Of a stretch of DNA of 64,000 bases, positions 49,850 through 61,444 are shown one piece after another. How positions within the stretch are numbered: position 1 is the first letter of the stretch; each line of letters begins with the position of its first letter. This DNA is from Octopus sinensis. Its lineage: Eukaryota. The DNA lies in the NCBI RefSeq assembly GCF_006345805.1, contig NC_043004.1:25110001-25174000 (forward strand). The letters run 5' to 3'. A program made the translations under genes and the position numbers. Under the pieces are notes generated by a model that was given only the letters and a program-made list of their open reading frames with translations, searched no databases and had not been told where the DNA came from.

Positions 49850-50075
49850 ATTATTATTGCTATTTTTTATTATTATAAGACGGCGAGCTGGCAGAATTGT
49901 TAGCGCGCCGGACGTAATGCTTAGCGGTATTTCTTCCGTCTTCACATTTTGAGTTCAAATTCCGCTGAGGTTGACTTTACCTTTCATCCTTTCAGGGTTG
50001 ATAAGTTAAGTACTAATGAAACACAGGGGTTGGTGTAATCGACTAGTCCCCTCCGCCAAAATTTCGGGCCATGTA
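49566..50075. mobile_element. Cluster of SINE family A variants among (ATT)n/(ATC)n
   Basis: Heads at about 49568 and 49880, with cores. Confidence 0.7.
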
Positions 50076-50096
50076 CCTTTAGTAGAATTATTATTA

Positions 50097-50182
<86 letters not shown>

Positions 50183-50183
50183 G

Positions 50184-50311
<128 letters not shown>

Positions 50312-51128
50312 TTCATTATTATTATTATAAAGATTCACGAAGAAATACTCTGCGGTAAAGCTTTTGAAATTTTACGCGCTGACTTCAAAAATCCTGGCAA
50401 ACTTTAATTTTGCCTTTCCTCCTTCTGGATCGATAAAAGAATGTTATCAGTCAAATATTGTGATTGATGGTAGCGATCACACCATTCTCACAAATGTGCT
50501 GTTCTTGTGTCTAAATTAGGGACAATCCTCCTCCTCCTCACCCCCTCCTCCTCCTCCTCCTCATCTTCACCACCACTACCACCACCACCATCATCGTCAT
50601 CATCATCGAGCTGGTTGCTGAAAGAATAAATATTGAACAGAGGCGATGATAACTTCAAGTATTATAAACAGTTATGCTACGAATAGATAAAAACAGAAGT
50701 TAATAGGAATTTTCCATAAGAATTCCTAACAATCTAATTGCAATTAACTCCATTGAAGTTATTTTTAAATTCGAGACAGGCAAATTCCTCAGCTAAAAAA
50801 AAAGACCGGCGAGAAAACTTTATTCATTCATAGGAATTCCATTCCCGCACCTAACTATATTTAGTAACTTACTAGCCGGATTTAGTATCTACAATTTATA
50901 ATCAGCTAGTGAGAGCTTTAATTAATGAGAAGTGGCTTACGTATAAAGTTTCTGTATACGGAAGTTTCCGTATCCATGTCCTCCAGGGAAAGTTTGAAAG
51001 ATCAATCGTTCGTTCAATCCAGATGTTTCTACGAATCTAATGAGGGACTTTTATTCTTCGTCAGACAACATTTCCCAAGTACACAAACACCAAAGACTTT
51101 TTATAATGTTGAAGATAGTTATTCATAT

Positions 51129-51362
51129 TAAGGCGGCGAGCTGGCAGAACCGTTAGCACGCCGGGCGAAATGCGTAGCCGTATTTCGTCTGCCGTTACGT
51201 TCTGAGTTCAAATTCCGCCGAGGTCGACTTTACCTTTCATCCTGTCGGGGTCGATAAATTAAGTACCAGTTAGGCACTGGGGTCGATGTAATCGACTTAA
51301 TCCGTTTGTCTATCCTTGTTTGTCCCCTCTATGTTTAGCCCCTTGTGGGTAATAAGGAAACA
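51129..51362 (+). mobile_element. SINE family A, young full-length copy with TSD
   Basis: Near-consensus sequence. AGATAGTTATTC flanks both sides (about 51114 and 51362). Confidence 0.92.
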
Positions 51363-51795
51363 GATAGTTATTCGTATCCAGTTAACATTACTTCTACCAT
51401 ACTGAAACAGTTCGCTGTATCCCTTAGCAAGAAAACAGAACTTTCATACTGCTGTTATTAATAGAGTTCTGTATTATTTTAATGCTGTATGTACATAGAT
51501 ACATGCGTGCAAGCACACACATACACGCTCGCACACACACCTATTTCCACGCGAAAAATGGAATTCCCGAGATTCTTTATTAATACCAACGATCGTTCCG
51601 CCCCATCTTGCATCGGACCCTCGCGGCTGAGATACTGTACAACAGGTTGTAGTGCAACCTTCGGTGCAGATGTGTCTAGTCAGGTGACTTCTTTCAAAAT
51701 GTATCTCGCTCAATAAACTTTCCCTTGGTTCTATCGTAATGCATGTCGATATTTGCCTGTAGCTGGTTGCCTACGTATTCTGTACATTAAATATC

Positions 51796-52185
51796 CTTTC
51801 TCCTGTAGGCACAAGGCCTGAAATTTTAGGGGAGGGGGACTAGCCTATTATATGTACCCAAGTGTTCCACTGGTACTTAATTTATCGACCCCGAAAGGAT
51901 GAAAGGCAAAGTCGACCTCGGCAGAACTTGAACTCAGAATGTAACGACAGACGAAATACCTATTTCTTTACCACCCACAAGGGGCTAAACATAGAGGGGA
52001 CAAATAAGGACAGACAAACGGATTAAGTCGATTATATCGACCCCAGTGCCTAACTGGTACTTAATTTATCGACCCCGAAAGGATGAAAGGCAAAGTCGAC
52101 CTCGGCGGAATTTGAACTCAGAACGTAGCGGCAGACGAAATACGGCTACGCATTTCGCCCGGCGTTCTGCCAGCTCACCGCCTTA
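51796..52185 (-). mobile_element. SINE family A dimer inside one 14-bp TSD
   Basis: GTACATTAAATATC at 51782-51795 and 52191-52204. Confidence 0.92.
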
Positions 52186-52367
52186 ATTCCGTACATTAAA
52201 TATCATGACAGCAATCGCTTTGTTTTACATATCAGAATATACAGATGCAGACTCCACCGTTTTATCCTACTGAAAAATTTTTTTCGCTGAACTCATTCAT
52301 TAAGCTCTTAACTAAATCCTTCACCTGATGATGCCTCCTCTGATATTCTGGAAGATTATATTTCCTG

Positions 52368-52427
<60 letters not shown>

Positions 52428-52604
52428 ATCTATCTATCTATCTATCTATCTATCTGTCTGTCTATCTATCTGTCTATCTGTATCAGTCTGCCTGTCTGTC
52501 AGTTTGTTTATATGAAGCTCTATATAATTTCATTTTTATATAACCAATGATACAAATATATGTTTGAGATGTACACTTATATATGTTTGTATATATGCGT
52601 GTAT

Positions 52605-52665
<61 letters not shown>

Positions 52666-52668
<3 letters not shown>

Positions 52669-52850
52669 GGCGGCAAGCTGCCAGAATCGTTAGAAACGCT
52701 TAGCGGCATTTCCGCCGCCGTTAGGTTTTAAGTTTGAATTCCGCCGAGGTCGACTTTGCCTTTCATCCTTTCTAGGTCGCTAAAATTAGTACCAGTTACT
52801 CTAGGGGTCGATGTAATCGATTTAATCTTTTCCCCCGAAATTTGATGCCT
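52666..52850 (+). mobile_element. SINE family A variant
   Basis: AAGGCGGCAAGCTG head and core after (TG)n. Confidence 0.75.
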
Positions 52851-52907
52851 CCTCTGGTATTTTTCCAGTAGGAAAGATTTACTTTCAAACACAATTGCTG
52901 TTTTCTG

Positions 52908-53009
<102 letters not shown>

Positions 53010-53787
53010 GTATCAGCGCTCGCAGTTTAATTAGTCATTTTCATATTGTAAAAATTCATGCACTTCTTAAATCTTTCAAACCAAACTTTATTAGCCAAAA
53101 AGGGTTTTTTTTTTATTAGGCATTTCACCTTACTTTTCTGCAAATCGTCATATAAACTTGGCTCTTTTTTTTTTTTCGAATTATCATCATGTTTATCTCT
53201 CTTTATCAATTAATTGTGGAAGACAATTATTTATTAACATAAATAACACATAAACACTTTCGCAAACATTTACATAGCCTCAGTATATAAACAAATGTAA
53301 ACACAATTTCATATGAAAAATATTGAGATTGCTTTAATTAGTTTTGTCATTTCTGGGAAATTTACTATCGAAAAATTACGTTCATTTTCTGCCTACATAT
53401 CGCTTATTCAATCAAGCGCGTGTCAACTTTCTGCTGAACAGGCCAATCTAATTTGCATAACTGCACCTTTGTAAACAACATAGTTATTAAATGCATTCAT
53501 TATTTCATGTACAACCTACTGCATTAGCTGAAGTTTTATATGAGGATATATCTACCGTGTTACTCATCACATCACAAAGAAAAGGTAGACAGTGATGTCG
53601 GCCTTTCGGTTAGCTCACCTTCATGCGAAAGTTTTAAGGCGAGCTGGCCGAAACTACAAAGTCACTGTCATTCGTTTCTTAGTAAAAGTTAATAAATATA
53701 TACGCTACTAAAAAGTGTTGAGTAATTCTTCAGTTTAATGTGAAATCGCTTCTGTATTTACATATAAAAACGCGACCTCTTTTATCA

Positions 53788-54321
<534 letters not shown>

Positions 54322-54324
54322 ATA

Positions 54325-54460
54325 AAGGCAAAGTTTACGAAAATAAACAAAAGACGAAGGCAGGTGGAGTACAAACAAACAAATGTATTAGTATAGCGCC
54401 CAGGAATAGAAAAAGTCCTTTACGTTTCGAGCCTACGCTCTTCGACAGAAAGATACAAAG
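54325..54460 (-). mobile_element. Short repeat carrying a minimal hammerhead-like motif (probable PLE derivative)
   Basis: Minus strand CTGTCGA-A-GAGC-GTAG-GCTC-GAAAC-GTA at 54448-54421. The adjacent GCCTTCGTCTTTTGT(T/C)TATTTTC also occurs at about 3290-3315. Confidence 0.55.
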
Positions 54461-54477
54461 ATATATATATATATCTG

Positions 54478-54558
54478 GCAAGTGTCACCCACTAATAGCT
54501 TCGGGCCGACCAAATTTTGTGAGTGGATTTGGTTGACAGAAACTGATTCCGTCGTATG

Positions 54559-54592
<34 letters not shown>

Positions 54593-54830
54593 TGTATGTG
54601 TCTTAGCGTCTGCGTTTGTCCTCCCACCACCACTTGATAACAGGTGATGGTGTGTTTACATTCTCATAATTTAGCGGTTCGGCAAAAACAGAAGATAGAA
54701 AAAGTACCGGGTTTATTAAAAAAAAAAAAAGAAAAGAAAAAAAAATAGTGGGGTCGATTCGTTCAGCTAAAAATTTTCAAGGCGGTGCTCCGGCACGGCC
54801 GCAGTCTAATGACTGAAACAAGTAAAAGAT
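54478..54830 (+). mobile_element. SINE family B, 5'-truncated
   Basis: Body and GGCGGTGCTCCGGCACGGCCGCAGTCTAATGACTGAAAC tail. Confidence 0.8.
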
Positions 54831-55749
54831 ACACACACGCACACACAAGCGCGCGCGCATGTAAATTTAACATTGCTAAACTACAGTTATGAAGTCTTTC
54901 AACAAATATAAATACAGACACACACACACACATATATATAAATAAATATATATTTTTATATGTAATTACGTTTATATGTATATAATTATGTTTATGTGTA
55001 ATTATGGATTATATATAATTATATATAATTATGAATGTATGTATGTATGTAGTATGTATGTATGTATGTATGTATGTATGTATGTATGTATACCATAATT
55101 TTGTGCAAGTTATGAACCATGCATACGAATCCGGATAAATAACTGAGTACAAAGCAAGAACTCTGATGGGAGAGGTTAGTTTAATCGACCCGAATGCTTG
55201 ACAGGGACTACATTTTATTGACCCGGGAGGGATGAGAGGCAAAGGTAATCCCGGCAGAATTTGAAATCAGGAGGTAAAGTTCCCTATGAATTAAAGCAGT
55301 TTATCCCACGTTCTAACGATTCAGCTTATGCAACGCTCTTATGCTGAATGCATAATTATAATTTTTGCACAAAGAGGCGGGGAGTCGATTACATCGACCC
55401 CATCGCTTAGCTGGTACTTGTTTTATCAACCTCCCGTGGATCAAAGGCAAATATGACCTCGGCGTCACTTGAACTCAGTACGGAAAAACAACATAGCAAA
55501 ACAAAACAGACCCTTCCTACCCGAACGTAAAGTATTTTGTCCAAGCATTAACGATTCTACAGGATCGTTGTCTTGAAAAATAACAGATAATAAAAATTTT
55601 TTAAACCAAAAACAAAATTGAAGTGAAATAAGAAAAATAAGAATCACCTTTAAAACACCTGGTTACCGGGTCCGTTCTCGCTCCGGGTGGCTACTCTGAT
55701 CTCAGTTTGACTAACATCTTGTGAATGGAATTTACGCACAAGCCTGTTT

Positions 55750-55782
<33 letters not shown>

Positions 55783-55843
55783 ATGTGCAGGTATACATAC
55801 ACACACACACACACATATACATATATATATATACATACATATA

Positions 55844-55892
<49 letters not shown>

Positions 55893-55899
55893 TATATAC

Positions 55900-56075
55900 A
55901 TCTTTACACACACACACATACAACGGGCTTTTTTCAGTTTCCGTCTACCAAATCCACTCGCAAGGGTTTGGTCGACCCGAGGCTATAGCAGAAGACACTT
56001 ACCCAAGGTGTCACGAAGTGGGACTGAACCCGGAACCATGTGGTTGGAAAGCAAGCTTCTTACCACGCAGCCACC
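55900..56075 (-). mobile_element. SINE family B, 5' half
   Basis: Matches 24870-25030. Confidence 0.8.
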
Positions 56076-56099
56076 GAAATTCCTAGAAAGATTATGTGT

Positions 56100-56137
<38 letters not shown>

Positions 56138-56291
56138 AAAATGAAGTGTGCCATAATGTGTCTTTAATTATAGTTTTGCTCGACCACGGTCGACCACGTC
56201 GACCTGGGGCTAAACAACTTCCTCCTCCTCCTCAACAACATCAACAACAACAACAAGAGCAAAACCTGTTACCTCATCAATAGCAGCAGCT

Positions 56292-56353
56292 ATTGGTACC
56301 GCCTTCTAGACAGCTCCGGAAGTGTGGGAGTTTCTGCATTGAGGTATATAAAA
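56292..56353 (+). promoter_or_regulatory. Candidate Pol II core promoter (reverse CCAAT, ETS site, TATA box)
   Basis: ATTGG 56292-56296, CCGGAAGT 56316-56323 and TATATAAAA 56345-56353, in canonical order, in non-repeat DNA. Confidence 0.4.
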
Positions 56354-56858
56354 CAATATTCTCGGCATTGAAATTAGTTGCCTTTACTCACTCAAAAACA
56401 GAAACAAGACAAGATAAACATAGAATATTCCAGAACAGACGAGTGAGATAGGCACAACATACTAGTCAAGTAGATTAACTACATTCTATACATGATAAAA
56501 GATTTTTGTACTTCAGAACGAAAAAGCAACTCAAGAAAACAACCAAGGGATTTCTGAATAATTGAAAAATTACTGTAGAATACACAAATAACTTATATAT
56601 CATATATATATTTATATATATGTATATAAATACCTCAGTAATAGACCTACAATTCGACTACATTCCACGCAGTAAACATTCACATTCTTTTGGAAAGCAA
56701 CTAAAGATTTGAAACAAACTAGAGAAAAGGAAGAAAATAAAGCAGTGAACAACCGAGAAAGCGAAAGGGAAGAAAATAGAAGAATAAAAGGTGAGTAAAG
56801 CAATAAGCATATTGAAAAGGAAGACAGAAAGGTTGAGAGAGCGACAGAAAAAAAAACG

Positions 56859-56930
<72 letters not shown>

Positions 56931-57420
56931 AGTAGGAGAAAAGGAAAATAATACTGTGACAATAACAAATAGATTTTCTTAAATTGCTTGTCTGTATGAA
57001 TTGTACGTTGTTCTGCTAACGAAGAAACGAAAGAGTATAAATAGCTGTGCTTATGTGACATTGTTGTTTTTTTCTCTTTTCTTTTTTTTCTTTTTTTTTT
57101 CTTTTTCTTTTTGAAATCTTTTTCTTGACAGCGAAAATAAATGTAAACATACCGGTAAAGAAAGGTGTCGAGTGTGTGACACATAACACGTTCCTGTTCA
57201 TTCATCACGGAAAAATAAATGACATTTTGGTATTCGACACACATGTTGTAGAGTGTTATGAAACGGTGACGTGTGTGTACGTCATAATAGATATAAGCAC
57301 GTGTATCGGTATTTACTGCAGCACTTACAATAGACAAGCCGCAGTTTCGAATTAGTAAATTAAAACTTAAAACTTCTAAAGGGATTTTCTCCTAAGTACA
57401 TGTGTGCGTGTCTATATGTG

Positions 57421-57451
<31 letters not shown>

Positions 57452-57497
57452 CATACATGCATACATACATATATACATACATACATATATATATATA

Positions 57498-57696
57498 TGC
57501 CGGGCGAAATGCGTAGCCGTATTTCGTCTGGCGTTACGTTCTGAGTTCAAATTCCGCCGAGGTCGACTTTGCCTTTCATCCTTTCGGGGTCGATAGATTA
57601 AGTACCAGTTACGCACTGGGGTCGATGTAATCGACTTGATCCGTTTGTCTTTCCTTGTTTGTCCCTTCTGTGTTTAGCCCCTTGTGGGTAGTAAAG
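57498..57696 (+). mobile_element. SINE family A, 5'-truncated
   Basis: Near-consensus core and tail. Confidence 0.9.
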
Positions 57697-57770
<74 letters not shown>

Positions 57771-58167
57771 CCGGAGTAAACACATAAATGTGAAACAAGG
57801 TGGAAAAAAGAGTACTCAAATACCAGTGGTAGAGTAATATGCTTTATTTTAAGCAGCAGAAAATTCAACAAAATCTGTTACTCTGAGTTTCTCGTTGCCG
57901 TTCATATATATATATACATATACATATACATGCATATATATACATATATACACACACATATACATGCATAGATATACATATATATACACACACACATACA
58001 TACATACATATATATATATATATATTCAAAGAAATTTCAACTTTGATCTTCACGTTTATTTACAATCGTTTTATTTACAATCTTATTATATATATTATAT
58101 ATATATTTATATGTATAGAGTGTTGGGTGTGATGTACAGAATTGAATATTGATAAAAAAAAGTCGTC

Positions 58168-58322
58168 GGAATTTTGGAAAAAAAAACCTTTTCTTCATTA
58201 TTATTAGCGCTTTTGTTCCTCTCTAGAACCTGTCAAATACAAAATTGTATTTGACAGGTTCTAGAAAGGAACGAAAGGGCTAATAATTATGAAGAAATAA
58301 AAGGGGTTTTTTTCCAAAATTT
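58168..58322. repeat. Fold-back palindrome (about 155 bp)
   Basis: TCTAGAACCTGTCAAATACAA-AA-TTGTATTTGACAGGTTCTAGA perfect core with imperfect arms. Confidence 0.8.
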
Positions 58323-58340
58323 TAACTTTTTTTTTTCAAA

Positions 58341-58545
58341 CTTAGGTAAACTTAGGTATGTTTCGACCAAAGATTGGTCCAGGCCATGTTTAATTTAATA
58401 GCACCACCTGATAGGATTATCTAAATCCTGTTTAAGTCAAGTTTTGCTTATGGTCTATTCAAGTAGTGAGTTCTTGTTGAGTGAATTGCATCCAGGTATG
58501 GGTGGCTTATCCGGTATTCTTTGAAGAAATCTGTCCAGACTCCGT
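58341..58545 (-). mobile_element. CR1/L2-type LINE 3' end (second subfamily)
   Basis: LDRFLQRIPDKPPIPG...NSLLE*, then GGTGGTGC..CATGGCCT-GACCAA/TTGGTC-GAAAC and an (ACCTAAGTTT)x2 tail. Confidence 0.55.
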
Positions 58546-58588
58546 TATATAACAAATACATACATTATATATATAAATATGTATATAT

Positions 58589-58656
<68 letters not shown>

Positions 58657-58719
58657 ATATATATATCATATATATAATATATATATATAATATATATAAT
58701 ATAATATATATATATTTTT

Positions 58720-59050
58720 TTTACTTGTTTCAGTCATTTGACTGCGGCCATGCTGGAGCACCGCCTTTAGTCGAGCAAATCGACCCCGGGACTTATTCTT
58801 TGTAAGCCCACTACTTATTCTATCGGTGTCTTTTGCCGAACCGCTAAGTGACGGGGACGTAAACACACCAGCATCGGTTGTCAATACATATATACGACGG
58901 GCTTCTTTGAGTTTCCGTCTACCAAATCCACTCACAAGGCATTGGTCGGCCCGGGGCTATAGCAGAAAACACTTGCCCAAGATGCCACGCAGTGGGACTG
59001 AACCCGGAACCATGTGGTTGGTTAGCAAGCTACTTACCACACAGCCACTC
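58720..59050 (-). mobile_element. SINE family B, near full length
   Basis: Near-consensus head and tail. Confidence 0.9.
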
Positions 59051-59059
59051 CTTTTTTTA

Positions 59060-59245
59060 AAGTTTCAGCTCAGAGCTGCGGCCATGCTGATGCATCACCG
59101 TTTTGCGCTACACTGTTATTACTAGGAGCCTCCTCTAATATGTGGCACTTGAAGAATGGAGTTTGATATACCTACCCTGATTTGCACCTCTTGCCGTGAG
59201 GTAGGCTCATCTGGGACTCTCGACAGGAAGAGGTCCAGCAACGCT
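59060..59245 (-). mobile_element. CR1/L2-type LINE 3' end
   Basis: LDLFLSRVPDEPTSRQEVQIR matches the 61452-61883 ORF end; the 3'UTR is homologous. Confidence 0.75.
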
Positions 59246-59251
59246 ATAGAA

Positions 59252-59302
<51 letters not shown>

Positions 59303-59480
59303 ATAATATATATATATATATTATATATATTATAATATATATATAGATTAGAGAAAAAACCCACTATTATGTAATTCAAACATGGCTTCCGTATGTGTAC
59401 TCACGCGTATGTCTATATGTCTATACTTGTGTATATAGACTGAATAAATGCTAAATTTCTGGAATATTCCGCGGAAAAGT

Positions 59481-59642
59481 AAAATATATTATAAAACATA
59501 TAACTAGATCACAAAAAATACAAAAAATGAAGAAACAATATATAATAAGTATATTATATTATATTATATACTATTACTTATATATTGTTTCTTCATGTTT
59601 TGTAGTTTTTGTGATCTAGTTATATGCTTTATAATATATTTT
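59481..59642. repeat. About 160-bp AT-rich palindrome
   Basis: CATATAACTAGATCACAAAAA...GAAGAAACAATATA pairs with TATATTGTTTCTTC...TTTTTGTGATCTAGTTATATG. Confidence 0.85.
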
Positions 59643-59831
59643 ATATTTTATATATGATTTGGTTTAAGTCTATCATTGTGTGAATTACATAATAGTGTTT
59701 TTTTTTCTAATTTTTATATATTATATATTATATTGTGAAATTTGATTTAATACTAAATTGAATTTTTCCCTGTAAGTTTGGAGATATTATTATTATTATT
59801 ATATTATTATTATTATTAATTATTATTATTA

Positions 59832-59869
<38 letters not shown>

Positions 59870-59915
59870 TATTATTATATATTATTATATATTATATTAT
59901 TATTATATATATATG

Positions 59916-59946
<31 letters not shown>

Positions 59947-60149
59947 CATACATTCATACATACACACACACTCACACACACGCACACATAATTCTTTGAC
60001 AGGAATAGTATTGACTGTGACTTCGAAGTCACTGTCGATACTATTCCTTTTAAAAATAATAAATATGTATTATGTAAAAGATATTGCGATCCTTTAGTTT
60101 AATGTAAAATTATTTTGGTCGCACCTTAATATAAAAACAAATAATATAC

Positions 60150-60345
60150 AAATAAATAAGCAGTGAGCGGACAGGAACGTTAGCACGTCGGGCAAAAATG
60201 CTTACCGGTATGTCGTCTGTACAACGAGGTCGACTTTACCTTTCATCCTTTCGAGGTCGATAAAGTAAGTACCTGTTGAGCATTGGGCGATGTAATCGAC
60301 CCCTCCTCCAAAATTGCTGGCCTTGTGCCAAAATTTGTGACCATT
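60150..60345 (+). mobile_element. SINE family A variant, deleted
   Basis: Core plus AAATTGCTGGCCTTGTGCCAAAATTTG tail. Confidence 0.65.
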
Positions 60346-60522
60346 ATATCATATGCAAATATATATTATATATTCCTATGTATATGTGTATGGTTATATA
60401 TAAAAGATATATATATATACTAGTATCTATCTATCTACATACATGCATGCATGCATGCATGCATACATACATACATACATACATACATACATACATACAT
60501 ACATACATACAACATACATACA

Positions 60523-60556
<34 letters not shown>

Positions 60557-61119
60557 CATACATATGGATACTAAGTATCGAACAGCGAACGAAGATATCG
60601 TTATCTGCTATTATTACCAGGTCATGTGCTTATGTTTAAATTCCATAATTAGCTGGTTCTATTTAGAATTGTCTTTTGCCCTTTTTTGCTTGAAGCTTCT
60701 TTAAAATTATAGCTTGTGCTTTCGTAAAATAAATCATTGCTTTTACTGAGTTTGTGTGTCAATACTTTTATGTTGTTCTTTGTGACATAGACCAATACAT
60801 AAGTGTATTTAAACCATGCTTAAATATACGGCAATATGATGACGAATGGAGACTAAACGATTCGAGACTTTGCGTTTTACAAACAAAAAACCAAGGAAAA
60901 TAAGCTATGGAGATGTGTTTAACATACACGAAGTATTCCCACTGACATCCTGTAACGTATAAAACAATCTAGAATATGAGCCGTGGTATTTAAAATCGTG
61001 ACAAGCATTTCAAGTTAGGTATCGAAGAAAATCAGCAATCGATTTCTCGTTTAGTCTAATATAATTGTATTTATATCGTCCTTTTTTGTTCGATTTCAGT
61101 GAAAGTAAAACAAAGAAAA

Positions 61120-61248
61120 ATGGCCACTTTTCGAAGATTAACACAGCAGACTTATAAGAAGACTGTATTTTACTCAAACATGCGCAATATATCTACGTCA
61201 GCCACAGGACAACAACGAGTAGCAGAGCTTGACGACACATTTATAACG
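61120..61248 (+). CDS. Candidate first coding exon (exon 61100-61248) of a nuclear-encoded mitochondrial protein: MATFRRLTQQTYKKTVFYSNMRNISTSATGQQRVAELDDTFIT
   Basis: Acceptor CTTTTTTGTTCGATTTCAG ends at 61099 with a CTAAT branch-like motif about 40 nt upstream. ATG at 61120, open frame, donor ACG|GTTAGT at 61249 (phase 0). The first 35 aa are basic/hydroxylated with no acidic residues. Confidence 0.55.
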
Positions 61249-61444
61249 GTTAGTTTGGTTTTCTTTATTTTTAAAGCATTCTTTCATTCATATTTTCAAA
61301 CGTTACCTAAAAGTAAAAAAAAAAAAAGTGTTTCTATCTGCTTAAATTCGTAGAAACTGCGTGGCGTCATAGTTATGAGGGATGTTTAAAGAGTTTTGAG
61401 ACTAACATGAAATGACACATACAACGAAGCTACACGAAGAAGAT

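Noticed and set aside
58356-58385. Hairpin plus GAAAC as a hammerhead
   Set aside because: No CTGANGA core; it fits the CR1-type CATGGCC-hairpin-GAAAC 3' tail instead.
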